Notes: generated from the sequence alone by a model not told the origin. A stretch of DNA of 56,747 bases from Anaerolineales bacterium (GCA_022865905.1 JALHUM010000040.1:1-56747), one strand, 5' to 3'; counted from the stretch's first letter, positions 8,544 to 17,493 are shown. Program-made: numbers and translations.

Positions 8544-9707
8544 TTATTTTCTCAAAACGGATTGGATCCGCTGAAGCCCGCGCCGAATGTTCTCGATCGA
8601 GGTCGCGTACGACAGGCGCAGATAGCCTTCGCCGTACTTTCCGAAGGATGAGCCGGGCAACAGGGAGACCTTCCCCTGTTCCAGGAGCATATTCGCTAGT
8701 TCGGTCGAGCCTGTTCCGGTCGCCTGGATGTTGGGGAAAACGTAGAAGGCCCCCTGAGGTTTCTGGCAGCGTATGCCGGGAATGGCGTTCAACCCAGATA
8801 CGATCACATCTCTACGGCGCTGGTACTCTGCGACGACTACATCCACCTGCTCTTGCGGCCCGGTAAGAGCCTCTACACCGGCATCCTGCGTGAATTGAGC
8901 TGTGGAGCCGATGGAATGGGTGAGCAGCAATCCTACGCGCTGCGCCAGCTCGCGCGGCATAATACCGTATCCCAACCGCCAGCCGGTCATGGCGTAGGTT
9001 TTGGAAAAACCGTCCACGATGACCGTGCGGGCTTGCATCCCGGGCAAAGAAGCAATGGATGATGCCTTCAGCCCATCGTACACGATGCGGGAGTAGATTT
9101 CATCCGACATCACCCAGCAGTCGTATCGCCTGGCTCGGTCGGCGATGTGTTCCAGGTCGGCGGATGGGATCACGCCGCCTGTGGGGTTGCTGGGGGAATT
9201 CAGGATGATCAACCTGGTGCGTGTGCTCACCAATCGGTCGAAGGCTTCCAGATCGAAGGAGAAGTTGTTCTCCTCGCGCAGCGGCACGGGGACAGGCACG
9301 CCGCCCGCGACCCGGATCATGGCTTCGTATGTCGGAAAGCCTGGGTCGGGATAGATGACCTCATCTCCGGGTTCGACCAGTGCCAGGGTGGGGAAAAATA
9401 GGTTTGGCTTGGCGCCCGGGCTGACCACTACCTCATCAGGCTGGAACTGTAACCCCCGCTGCCGTCCGCCATCCTCGGCGATGATTTCACGCAAGGAGGA
9501 CGTCCCGGCCGGCGGGGTGTAGCGGGTGCGCCCCGCGGCGATGGCGCGGATGCCCGCCAGGCTGACGTTGGAGAAGGTCTCGAAATCCGGTTGGCCGATT
9601 TCCAGGTGGATGATTTCGTTCCCTTCGGCCTCCATCTGCTGGGCGCGGGCAAGCACTTGATAGGCGCCTTCAGGTTTGAGGTGGTCGGTCCGCTGTGCGT
9701 AGGTCAT
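8544..9707 (-). CDS. class I/II pyridoxal-phosphate aminotransferase (aspartate/aromatic aminotransferase-like)
   Basis: 387 aa. ..IHLEIGQPDF.., ..LNSPSNPTGG.., ..DEIYSRIVYDG.., ..FSKTYAMTGWRLGY.. (PLP Lys), ..LRLSYA.. Confidence 0.85.
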   Translation of the reverse strand: MTYAQRTDHLKPEGAYQVLARAQQMEAEGNEIIHLEIGQPDFETFSNVSLAGIRAIAAGRTRYTPPAGTSSLREIIAEDGGRQRGLQFQPDEVVVSPGAKPNLFFPTLALVEPGDEVIYPDPGFPTYEAMIRVAGGVPVPVPLREENNFSFDLEAFDRLVSTRTRLIILNSPSNPTGGVIPSADLEHIADRARRYDCWVMSDEIYSRIVYDGLKASSIASLPGMQARTVIVDGFSKTYAMTGWRLGYGIMPRELAQRVGLLLTHSIGSTAQFTQDAGVEALTGPQEQVDVVVAEYQRRRDVIVSGLNAIPGIRCQKPQGAFYVFPNIQATGTGSTELANMLLEQGKVSLLPGSSFGKYGEGYLRLSYATSIENIRRGLQRIQSVLRK

Positions 9708-9710
9708 AGC

Positions 9711-10337
9711 TCACGCTACTAACTGGCGGGCTATGCGGGCAGCGCTGGAAGCATCCGGGGCAAATGCATCCGCCCCGATCCGGTTGGCAAAGTCCTGGGT
9801 CACCGGCGCGCCGCCAATGAGCACCTTCACTTTCCCGCGCAGTCCGGCTGCTCTTAACGCCTCAATCGTGTCCTCCATTTTGTTCATGGTCGTCGTGAGC
9901 AGCGCGGACATGCCGATCACCTGGGCGCCATCCTGAGCTGCTTTTACGAAGGCTTCCGGCGGTACGTCTACGCCCAAGTCGCGGACCTCGAAGCCAGTCC
10001 CCTCCAGCATCATGGCGACCAGGTTCTTGCCAATATCATGCAGGTCGCCCTTCACCGTGCCGATGGCAACCTTCCCCGCGGACTTGACATTGGCTTCCAT
10101 CAAACGGGGCTTGAGGAGTTTCAAACCTGCTTGCATGGCGCGGGCGGCGATCAGCATCTCCGGCACGAAAAAGTCGCCATTCTCGAAGCGCCGGCCGACT
10201 TCGTCCATGGCGGTGATCAGCGACTGGTTGAGAATGGCATCCGCGGGGATGCCCGCTTCGAGAGCAGCTTTGACCCCCGCTTCCGCCTCTGCGGCCTGTC
10301 CATCAATCACGTTCTGGTAGATTGCTTTCAGGTCCAT
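9711..10337 (-). CDS. corrinoid (cobalamin)-binding protein, MtaC/MtbC-like
   Basis: ORF 9711..10364, with the start at MDLKAIYQ (10337). It has an N-terminal B12-binding-2 helical cap and a Rossmann-like domain with the DxHxxG motif (GDLHDIGKN) and ..MSALLTTT... It ends 4 nt before the aminotransferase start. Confidence 0.8.
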   Translation of the reverse strand: MDLKAIYQNVIDGQAAEAEAGVKAALEAGIPADAILNQSLITAMDEVGRRFENGDFFVPEMLIAARAMQAGLKLLKPRLMEANVKSAGKVAIGTVKGDLHDIGKNLVAMMLEGTGFEVRDLGVDVPPEAFVKAAQDGAQVIGMSALLTTTMNKMEDTIEALRAAGLRGKVKVLIGGAPVTQDFANRIGADAFAPDASSAARIARQLVA

Positions 10338-10366
10338 GTTTTGTCCTCGAGTGACGATTCTCATCT

Positions 10367-10480
10367 AAGTACTTCACGAAAGTTGAGAAAATACCCGTTT
10401 TTGGGGGTGCGGGGCGGGCGTATGCCCGCCCCACACCCCCAAAAACGGACTTCTACCAGCCATTACGTGAACTACTGATT
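10367..10480. mobile_element. MITE-like composite element: AGTAnTTCACG-type termini around a GC-rich giant hairpin
   Basis: The left end is AAGTACTTCACGAAAG. The right end is CGTGAACTACTGATT, whose reverse complement is AATCAGTAGTTCACG. The core at 10395..10448 is a hairpin of about 24 bp (CCGTTTTTGGGGGTGCGGGGCGGGC..GCCCGCCCCACACCCCCAAAAACGG). The termini resemble those of 32745..32880. Confidence 0.5.
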
Positions 10481-10567
10481 CTAGCTGGTATCGTAGCATA
10501 AAAGTGGCGCTTAGGCAAATGCGTCTGGGCTGCAGGGCTTTACATTCTCCATTAACCTGTCAATCTG

Positions 10568-10699
10568 AGGGGCATTCTTCCCTGGTACCGCCCGCCACCT
10601 GTACCTGCGTCAGGTGCAGGCAGGGCAGGTGTGCCCCGAAGCATCTCCGTAGCCACGCGGGAGACCCTTCGGTCGCAGAAAACGCTCCCTCAGGGTGAC
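10568..10699. repeat. partial copy of the GAGACCCTTCG..CTCAGGGTGAC palindromic repeat family
   Basis: ..GGGAGACCCTTCGGTCGCAGAAAACGCTCCCTCAGGGTGACA matches the right half of the MITE at 36107..36290 almost base for base. The outer TIR is absent. ORF 10504..10698 is repeat-derived. Confidence 0.6.
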
Positions 10700-10777
10700 A
10701 CGATAGGTAGGATTTCGATACTTTGTAAAAGCCTTATCCCGGGCCGATGAACTACTTTGCGTCGCAGGCTGGCATGA

Positions 10778-10808
10778 TAAAATATGGGATATTAGACTGT
10801 AAATATCC
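10778..10808 (+). promoter_or_regulatory. extended -10 (TGATAAAAT) followed by inverted repeat GGATATT-N8-AATATCC; candidate operator of the iron permease gene
   Basis: TAAAAT at 10778..10783 is preceded by TGA. The inverted repeat at 10787..10793 and 10802..10808 would overlap the predicted transcription start, 25 nt upstream of the FTR1 start codon. Confidence 0.35.
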
Positions 10809-10832
10809 AAATTGGTAAACCTAAAGGATCTT

Positions 10833-11654
10833 ATGCTCCCCTCTTACATCCTTTCCCTGCGCGAGGGACTCGAAGCCGCGCTGATTATCGGTATCGTCCT
10901 GGGTGCGCTGCGCCAGATGCGCCGCCGCGACCTGGCCTCGCCTGTCTGGAGCGGCGCTCTCAGCGCGGCGCTGCTCAGCTTGCTGGCGGCTATCTTTCTC
11001 ACCTACTTTGGCCTCGAACTGCAGGATCCAGTAGAAGCCATCTTCGATGGCCTCACCATGCTGCTGGCGGCCGGCGTCCTGACCTGGATGATCTTTTGGA
11101 TGAGCCGCCGGGCGCGCACCTTGAAAAGCACCCTGGAATCCAATGTTCAACATGGATCCCAGGGCGGTAAACGTGCGCTCTTTGGCTTGGCTTTCCTGGC
11201 TGTGCTGCGCGAAGGGGTTGAGCTGGCCCTTTTCCTGACCGCCGCGACATTTGCCTCGGATGCCCGGCAAACGATCTTCGGCTCTCTCCTTGGCCTCGGC
11301 ACGGCGATCCTGCTCGGCTGGTCGCTGTTTGCCACCACAGCCCGCCTCGATCTGCGGCGTTTCTTCCAGGTGACCGGCGTTCTGCTCATCTTTTTTGCCG
11401 CCGGGTTGGTGGCGCACGGCGTGCACGAGTTCAACGAGGTCGGCTGGATTCCGCCCGTCATCCAGCATGTCTGGAATATCAATCCCCTCCTGGACGAAAA
11501 GTCAACCCTCGGTCAGATGCTCGTGGCGCTGTTCGGCTACAACGGCGACCCTTCGCTGACCGAGATCGCTGCCTACCTGGCCTACTTTGCCGCTATCCTT
11601 TTTGGCCTGCGCCGGCCTGCCCAAAATGAGACTGCGCCCGAGTCACAAGGGTAA
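10833..11654 (+). CDS. FTR1/EfeU-family high-affinity iron permease
   Basis: ORF 10812..11654 (TTG). ATG 10833 is preferred because it follows AAGGA. It has two REGxE motifs (SLREGLEAAL and VLREGVELAL) and 7 TM segments. Confidence 0.85.
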   Translation: MLPSYILSLREGLEAALIIGIVLGALRQMRRRDLASPVWSGALSAALLSLLAAIFLTYFGLELQDPVEAIFDGLTMLLAAGVLTWMIFWMSRRARTLKSTLESNVQHGSQGGKRALFGLAFLAVLREGVELALFLTAATFASDARQTIFGSLLGLGTAILLGWSLFATTARLDLRRFFQVTGVLLIFFAAGLVAHGVHEFNEVGWIPPVIQHVWNINPLLDEKSTLGQMLVALFGYNGDPSLTEIAAYLAYFAAILFGLRRPAQNETAPESQG

Positions 11655-11715
11655 AAAAAAGCGGGTTTCCTGACACTCTAAGGGGTGATGCAGGAGAAAC
11701 CCGCTCCTCTTTTTA
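11653..11715. terminator. bidirectional rho-independent terminator
   Basis: An A8 run, then the stem GCGGGTTTCCTG / CAGGAGAAACCCGC, then TCCTCTTTTTA. It lies between the convergent genes ending at 11654 (+) and 11730 (-). Confidence 0.7.
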
Positions 11716-11729
11716 TCGAGATGATATGC

Positions 11730-12389
11730 TTACGGCCGATACACGTAGAAGTTGTCAAACAGGATGTCGGTGCCGAGTGTACCAAAGGTGCCGGCCATCA
11801 GGCCAACGTCGCCGCTGGTGAAGCTGCTGTCCGTCGCCGTGGCCGCCAGGTTGCCATTGACATACAGCTTCATATCGCTGCCGATGCAATCCGCGCGGAT
11901 GTGGTTGGTCGCCGCGCCGAGAGTAATACCTTCCGCCTTTACCATATCGTCGGACGAAATCAACTGCTGGCTCCCGCCCTCGTACTTACCGATCGCGGCA
12001 TAACCGTCGCTGCTGATCAGGAAGAAATAAAAGTTATCAGTATCCTGATAGCGGCAGATGAGGCCGAAATCGTTGTCATCTGGCCCGCCGGCTTTGGTGG
12101 CATCCACCTCGACGCGCACATCGCCCGGAAAAGATTTGCTCGGATTGGCCCAGATGTCATAATTGGTGTCATTCACGTAGAGGCGGTAACCGCCGTTGGC
12201 GTAATCGGAAACATAGTTGGTGTCCTGACGCTGGTCCCAGCCGCTGCCGGTGTTGGAAAAGTTGTCAGAGAACAAAACGTTGCTCGGCTGCCCTCCTCCG
12301 CCACCGCTTGCCGGTGTAGAGACGGGAGAAATGCTGCAAGCCAAAGCGACCAACACCAAGACAGCTAGGATTGCAAATATCTTTTTCAT
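11730..12389 (-). CDS. secreted lipoprotein with concanavalin/LamG-like jelly-roll domain (DUF1080-like)
   Basis: Signal peptide plus lipobox (LVALAC), a Gly-rich linker, then ..LFSDNFSN..GW...Y..GGY......DF....R......FYFF.IS.DG......LYVNG......GDVGL...G.....FDNF.V.. Confidence 0.6.
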   Translation of the reverse strand: MKKIFAILAVLVLVALACSISPVSTPASGGGGGQPSNVLFSDNFSNTGSGWDQRQDTNYVSDYANGGYRLYVNDTNYDIWANPSKSFPGDVRVEVDATKAGGPDDNDFGLICRYQDTDNFYFFLISSDGYAAIGKYEGGSQQLISSDDMVKAEGITLGAATNHIRADCIGSDMKLYVNGNLAATATDSSFTSGDVGLMAGTFGTLGTDILFDNFYVYRP

Positions 12390-12555
12390 TTGTTCCTCCT
12401 GAAATAGAAATTTGGATAAAAATTCTCTCTATTAGTATACATTAGAACCGGTTTTTCTACAAAGCAACTCCCCGTCAGATTTGGTGTTTGCCTTTTTGTA
12501 ACACGGTTTACTCGCATTCTGTGATTCTCATATTGACCTATCAGGAGGCTGCCGA

Positions 12556-13800
12556 ATGGAACAAGACAACTTCAAAGTTTACAGCTACCGCTGGATCGTA
12601 CTGCTGGCGTTCATGTTCGTCGTGGCCGTCAACCAGCTCCTGTGGATCACCTTTGCCTCGATCACGGGCGACGCCGCCAAATTCTATGGTGTTTCGGACC
12701 TGAGCATTGGTCTCCTGTCCATGAGCTTTATGATCGTCTACATCCTTGTCTCGATCCCGGCCTCCTGGGCGATTGACACTTACGGGCTGCGCGTTGCGGT
12801 CGGCATCGGCGCCGCTCTGACTGGCATCTTTGGCTTGATGCGCGGCCTCGTCGCGGCGAACTACACGATGGTGCTCGTTGCGCAAATCGGGATCGCTATC
12901 GGGCAGCCATTCATCCTCAACGCAGTGACCACGGTGGCAGCGCGCTGGTTCCCGGTCCGGGAACGAGCGACCGCCTCCGGGCTGGGATCGCTGGCGATCT
13001 ACCTCGGCATCCTACTGGGCCTGGTGCTCACACCTTATCTTGCGCTCCATGCCGGAATCGGCAACATGCTGGTTATCTATGGGGTCATCGCTGTGGTGTC
13101 CGCAGTCCTATTTTTCGGATTTGCCAAAGAACATCCGCCGACGCCTCCCTGCCCGCCGGGAATGGAAGTGCGCTCGCTGGTCCTGGACGGCCTCAAGCAG
13201 ACCTTTCGCGAGAGGAACTTCATCCTGCTCATGATCATCTTCTTTGTGGGGCTGGGCGCGTTCAACGCGGTAACGACCTGGATCGAGGATATCCTCAGGC
13301 CGCGCGGCTTCTCCAGCACGCAGGCGGGAATCGTCGGCGGGCTGATGATCGCGGGCGGTATTCTCGGTGCGCTGGTCCTGCCGAGCCTCTCCGACCGGTT
13401 CCGCAAGCGGACGCCTTTCCTAATCGCTGCCATCCTGGGTGCAGCGGTAGGGCTTATCGGCGTCACCTACGTCACGGTCTACTGGCTTTTGCTCGTCGCG
13501 GCCTTTGTCATGGGATTCTTCTTATTGAGCGCAGGCCCAATCGGATTCCAGTATGGGGCTGAGGTGACCTACCCGACCCCGGAGGGCACATCGAATGGCC
13601 TGCTCCTGCTGATGGGACAAATCTCGGGCATCGTCTTCATTTTTGCGATGGATAGTCTCAAATCCCCTACGACCGGTTCGATGACCACCTCTTTGGTCAT
13701 GCTTGTCGTCCTTTTGTTCTTGTGCTTGCTGCTGGGGGCTCGCCTCAAGGAGCCGAAGAACCTGCTCACGGAACAGGCGAGCCAACAAGATAACCTGTAG
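12556..13800 (+). CDS. MFS transporter
   Basis: 414 aa, 12 predicted TM helices. The loop 2-3 motif is near GLRVAVGIGAAL, and there is a central cytoplasmic loop. SD AGGAGG lies upstream. Confidence 0.8.
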   Translation: MEQDNFKVYSYRWIVLLAFMFVVAVNQLLWITFASITGDAAKFYGVSDLSIGLLSMSFMIVYILVSIPASWAIDTYGLRVAVGIGAALTGIFGLMRGLVAANYTMVLVAQIGIAIGQPFILNAVTTVAARWFPVRERATASGLGSLAIYLGILLGLVLTPYLALHAGIGNMLVIYGVIAVVSAVLFFGFAKEHPPTPPCPPGMEVRSLVLDGLKQTFRERNFILLMIIFFVGLGAFNAVTTWIEDILRPRGFSSTQAGIVGGLMIAGGILGALVLPSLSDRFRKRTPFLIAAILGAAVGLIGVTYVTVYWLLLVAAFVMGFFLLSAGPIGFQYGAEVTYPTPEGTSNGLLLLMGQISGIVFIFAMDSLKSPTTGSMTTSLVMLVVLLFLCLLLGARLKEPKNLLTEQASQQDNL

Positions 13801-13808
13801 TGCCGATT

Positions 13809-13858
13809 GTAGTGGCGACTTTAGTCGCTAATAACGGAACGGCTGAAGCCGTCACTAC
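13809..13858. repeat. TAGTGGCGACT..GTCACTAC palindromic repeat
   Basis: GTAGTGGCGACTTTAGTCGC...GGCTGAAGCCGTCACTAC. The same core appears in 32745..32880 (CGTAGTGGCGACTTC..GACTGAAGTCGCCACTACG). Confidence 0.6.
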
Positions 13859-13915
13859 GGCATCATTCTTGATTTTGCCAGGGATCTACTAAAACCAAAG
13901 CGGGCTGGAAGTTAG

Positions 13916-13948
13916 AAGGCTCTTCGGGAAACTCCCGAAGAGCCTTCG
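13916..13948. other. perfect 15-bp hairpin (GAAGGCTCTTCGGGA-AAC-TCCCGAAGAGCCTTC)
   Basis: Read directly from the sequence. It lies downstream of the MFS gene and has no U-tract, so it may be a REP-like element or a factor-dependent terminator. Confidence 0.6.
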
Positions 13949-13998
13949 ACTGCATTTCTATAGCCCGCGCGCTGCCAACAACAGATATAATTCGCAAT

Positions 13999-14613
13999 AT
14001 GCCAAACGCTGTTCAAGACGCCAAACGCCATTTACGGGCGCAGAGCCGGCAGGTGCGCAAAGCCCTCGGCGAGGACTTCCAGCGTCAGGCCAGCGCCGCG
14101 ATCTGCTGTCACATCGAAACCTGGCCGCTCTTTCAAAGATCTGAAACCGTCTTGACCTACATGCCCGTGCGCGGCGAAGTGGACCTGCGTCCGCTGCTGG
14201 AACGCCATCCGTACAAGCGCTGGCTGCTGCCTCGCATCCTGCCGGAAGGCCGCATGAACTTTCACCTCTACGATCCAGGGCGTCTGATCCGGCATCCCTA
14301 TGGAATGCTCGAGCCGGACCCGGACCTGCCAATCGTCCCCGTGGAAGACATCCAACTGGCGCTGGTGCCCGGCCTGGCCTTCGACCGTCAAGGCTGGCGG
14401 CTCGGTTACGGGGGCGGATTCTTTGACCGCTTCCTGGCCGGATTCGCGCACGGCGTCAGCCTGGGCGTCACGTATCATGCTCTCCTCTTCGACCAGTTAC
14501 CGCATCACCAGGATGACATCCCGGTGCAATATCTCGTGATGGAAGAGGGTTTGTTGGCGTGCGGCGATAGCCCTGGAACAACCCGAATCGAGTATGCAAA
14601 TGAGCAACCATAA
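13999..14613 (+). CDS. 5-formyltetrahydrofolate cyclo-ligase
   Basis: ..VLTYMPVRGEVDLRPLL.., ..GMLEP.., ..LALVPGLAFDRQGWRLGYGGGFFDRFL.. are the family signature blocks. Confidence 0.85.
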   Translation: MPNAVQDAKRHLRAQSRQVRKALGEDFQRQASAAICCHIETWPLFQRSETVLTYMPVRGEVDLRPLLERHPYKRWLLPRILPEGRMNFHLYDPGRLIRHPYGMLEPDPDLPIVPVEDIQLALVPGLAFDRQGWRLGYGGGFFDRFLAGFAHGVSLGVTYHALLFDQLPHHQDDIPVQYLVMEEGLLACGDSPGTTRIEYANEQP

Positions 14614-15322
14614 AAAAACTATTCGAAACCTGGCGATATTTTTCTTTTCTGTAGGCGTTTTGCTCGGCATGTTCCTGGCCGGGGCTGCCACCTGGACAGA
14701 CCTGGAAGCAACCTTTTACGGCTTTGGGAAAGTAGCGGATAATCCGCTCACGACCCTGAGATGCCCCGTGCTGATGATGGCGACAGAGACCGGTATCATC
14801 CGCGCCACCCTCTCCAACAATTCAGAACTTCCGGTTGACGCCAGGGTGCGGGTCTACGTCAGTAATCCCGGCCCGATACGGATCATCGAGACGATCACCT
14901 CTCTCGCTCCAGGTGAAATCAAAATGTTGGAATGGACGGTGACTTCAGAGGATGTGGATTTCGGGAACCTGATCCTGTTAAAAGTATTGGCATTCGCCTA
15001 CTATAAGGCCCCCGTTCGCGAGGAATGGTGTGGCATCCTGGTGCTAAACTTGCCCCACCTTTCAGGGAATCAGGTTTTCACCTCTGCACTGGGGCTCAGT
15101 TTAGCGGGTTTGTTGATTGGGATTGCCTTATGGGTGATCGGCGGCCGTCCGCTGACAGGGAAGACGCTTTTTGCTTTCCGCGCTATGATCTGGCTGGCGG
15201 CCTTCGTGCTGGCGGACATGGTTTTCAGCTTTATGGGTTTGTGGTTATTTGGCCTTGTCCTTTTCGTGGTGGCCGTATTGCTGATCCTCGGCGTTCTTAC
15301 GAGCGCAATCCTAGCTTGGTAG
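14594..15322 (+). CDS. membrane protein, unknown function
   Basis: 242 aa. An N-terminal TM helix, an extracytoplasmic domain of about 110 aa, and 3 C-terminal TM helices. It overlaps the previous gene by 20 nt. Confidence 0.55.
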   Translation: MQMSNHKKTIRNLAIFFFSVGVLLGMFLAGAATWTDLEATFYGFGKVADNPLTTLRCPVLMMATETGIIRATLSNNSELPVDARVRVYVSNPGPIRIIETITSLAPGEIKMLEWTVTSEDVDFGNLILLKVLAFAYYKAPVREEWCGILVLNLPHLSGNQVFTSALGLSLAGLLIGIALWVIGGRPLTGKTLFAFRAMIWLAAFVLADMVFSFMGLWLFGLVLFVVAVLLILGVLTSAILAW

Positions 15323-15332
15323 GGGAGAGCTT

Positions 15333-15575
15333 CTAAAACAAGCCGCGCAATACCAGTAGGAGACCGACGATCGCCAGCGGAACGCCGACGATTGCCCCTA
15401 CGACCGTCAGGCTGACCACCACGCCGACGATCATCAGCACCAGCCCGAGGATGACGGCCACCAATCGCCCGGTCAGCGCGACGATGCCGGCGACCAGTTT
15501 CCAGAGCGCTACAAAAGGCCAGAGGTACCAGGGGGTATGCTTGTCTTGTTTAGCTGTGGACATTTTTGCCTCCAA
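15333..15575 (-). CDS. small membrane protein, unknown function
   Basis: 80 aa with two long hydrophobic helices (..WYLWPFVALWKLVAGIVALTG..VILGLVLMIVGVVVSLTVVGAIVGVPLAIVGLLLVL..). An alternative start is at 15563. Confidence 0.5.
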   Translation of the reverse strand: MEAKMSTAKQDKHTPWYLWPFVALWKLVAGIVALTGRLVAVILGLVLMIVGVVVSLTVVGAIVGVPLAIVGLLLVLRGLF

Positions 15576-15615
15576 ACCAGGTATACGTAGAATGTACCCC
15601 CCGGTTTCGATGCTC

Positions 15616-17493
15616 TTACTTCATAGGGATGATGCGCGGCTTGGGTTTTTCGGGCGGCTTGCGCAGCATGAAGCGGTAGGATAATTGCCCCAAGTGGATG
15701 ATGTCGCCATGTTGGAGACGTTGGGGCTTATCCGTCAGCGCTTCGTAGTTGACCCATGTACCGGCGGTTGAGTTCTGATCCAGCAAGTAAAACCTGCCAT
15801 CCCGCTCCTTCTTGAGGCGGGCATGCAACGGCGAGACGGAGGGATCGTCAAGTACGTGCGTGGCTTGGGTTGGGTCGGTGCCAAAGGTCATCTCGCTACC
15901 GGTCAGGGGGATGGGCGGCGCAGTCACCGGCTGGCCGTCGCCCTTCAGGCGAACGAGGTAGGCCGGTGCGGCCTTGCGTCGCTGCGCCCAGGGTAATTGC
16001 ATTCCGTGTTTTTCTGTACGGGGGACTATCGGCTGAGTGAGCGGATCCAGGCGCATCTTACGTTCCAGGCGGCGCGCTGCGCTCGAGGAGCGGCGCAATC
16101 TCCCGCCTGTGACCAGGACGAGGGCTAACGCGGCCCCCGCCAGCAGTACTGCGCCGCCGGCTACCCACAGGCTGTTACGGGTCAGGAACGCCTGCAAACC
16201 GCGCGGCGGCCTGACGACCGTGACCGTCACCGGCACGCCCAGGCTGACCTTGCTCAGTCCCAGGCTGTCCACCGCCTCGACCTGCAGATTGTGCTGGCCG
16301 CTGGAGGTATAGCTGCTCAAATCCCAGGTGAATTTGTCGAACGGCGCGGCCGTGTTCTCGGCGGCGATTTGTCCATCCACGTACAATGTGGTGCGGACGA
16401 GCGGGCGCGAGTGGCTGTCGGGGAACTCGATGATGATCTCGACCGGCTGTTCGGTTGGCGCCAGCCTCAATGCGTTGTTCGTCTCCACGTCCGGACTCTG
16501 GCGAACGATCTGTTCAGGCAGCGAGACCAGGATCGGGTTGGGGGGCTGAACGTCCAAGTTGAAGGTCGAGGGCGCGGACAAAACGATCTGCCCGTTCAGG
16601 TCAACCTGTACCACCAGCTTGTGGCTGCCAGGCGTGCTAATGCCAGAGGTATAGGTCAATGTGTAGGAATGACGCAGCGGGGAGAGATAAGTTTCCAGGT
16701 CGGGGAGGTTTTCCTCGCCTGAGTAGGGGAAAGCTTGACCGCCCGTCTGGATGGCCAGGTCTTTGAGGGCGGTGGCACCGCTGGTAGAAAAATAATCTTT
16801 CGGGGCAACCATCCAGACGTAGACGTGGATTTTCAACTGGACGGCACGCGCCGTCAGGCTTTGCAGGGTCGAGATGGAATCGTAATCTAGGAGGGGTGTG
16901 ATGAAAAGGACTGCCCGCTTCATGCCGGATTGCTCTGCCGGCTCCGCGGCGATATCGAGCGCCTGGGCGAGCGTGCCCAACGAGGGGGTTATGGAACGCG
17001 CCTCGGGCTGGTAAGCAGACAGGATGTTCAGAAAGTCGCCGACAGCCGGCAGGTGCAGGGAAACCAGTCCATCGGTTGTGACCAAGCTCAAGTCGTCAGT
17101 GGCATCGCCGGGACGCGCCGCGGCCCAGTCGCGCAGGGCTGAGAGAAGCTTGTCGCAACGTGAGACGGCGTTGGCGTTGCGGGTGGCGAAGACTGGGCCT
17201 GGATTGAAGGCCACCACGAACTGCGCGCCAGGCTCGAGTTCCTGGAGCGAATCGAGGAGGCGCGGCTGGTCGTCTTCCAGCATAGTGATCTTTTCCCCTG
17301 ACAGCCCGGAGACGAACCCGCCCGCCGCGTCGAACACATCCAGCGTGGTGGTCATAGCAGGGAAAGCGCCCGTCTGCAGGTCGTAAAGGTCAATCCTCGC
17401 CTCGCCCTGGGCGCTTGAGTGCAGGAAAAATGCAAACGCCAGGGCCAAGCTGGTGAGAACCGCCAGGAACTTCCGCCTCAGCTCACGCTTCAC
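15616..17493 (-). CDS. FHA-domain membrane protein with extracytoplasmic vWA-like and Ig-like domains
   Basis: 625 aa. Signal or TM segment, a vWA-like alpha/beta region, beta-rich repeats, one TM helix (WVAGGAVLLAGAALALVLV), then a C-terminal FHA domain (..MTFGTDP..VSPLHARL..GRFYLLDQNSTAGTWVN..GDIIHLG..). The GTG start overlaps the upstream stop (GTGA). Confidence 0.75.
   Translation of the reverse strand: MKRELRRKFLAVLTSLALAFAFFLHSSAQGEARIDLYDLQTGAFPAMTTTLDVFDAAGGFVSGLSGEKITMLEDDQPRLLDSLQELEPGAQFVVAFNPGPVFATRNANAVSRCDKLLSALRDWAAARPGDATDDLSLVTTDGLVSLHLPAVGDFLNILSAYQPEARSITPSLGTLAQALDIAAEPAEQSGMKRAVLFITPLLDYDSISTLQSLTARAVQLKIHVYVWMVAPKDYFSTSGATALKDLAIQTGGQAFPYSGEENLPDLETYLSPLRHSYTLTYTSGISTPGSHKLVVQVDLNGQIVLSAPSTFNLDVQPPNPILVSLPEQIVRQSPDVETNNALRLAPTEQPVEIIIEFPDSHSRPLVRTTLYVDGQIAAENTAAPFDKFTWDLSSYTSSGQHNLQVEAVDSLGLSKVSLGVPVTVTVVRPPRGLQAFLTRNSLWVAGGAVLLAGAALALVLVTGGRLRRSSSAARRLERKMRLDPLTQPIVPRTEKHGMQLPWAQRRKAAPAYLVRLKGDGQPVTAPPIPLTGSEMTFGTDPTQATHVLDDPSVSPLHARLKKERDGRFYLLDQNSTAGTWVNYEALTDKPQRLQHGDIIHLGQLSYRFMLRKPPEKPKPRIIPMK

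Noticed and set aside
10504-10698. ORFs lying inside palindromic repeats (10504..10698, 1782..2045, 36111..36311, 30428..30610, 41744..42028)
   Set aside because: Their sequence is the repeat itself (for example ..SLRVT.. and ..GRFFASEG-type peptides). Copies occur in both orientations and in non-coding contexts.
10338-10832. Cobalamin riboswitch upstream of the corrinoid-protein gene
   Set aside because: No B12-box-like sequence was seen on the minus strand. The 500-bp gap is explained by a MITE-like hairpin element, a partial palindromic repeat, and the promoter of the divergent iron permease gene.
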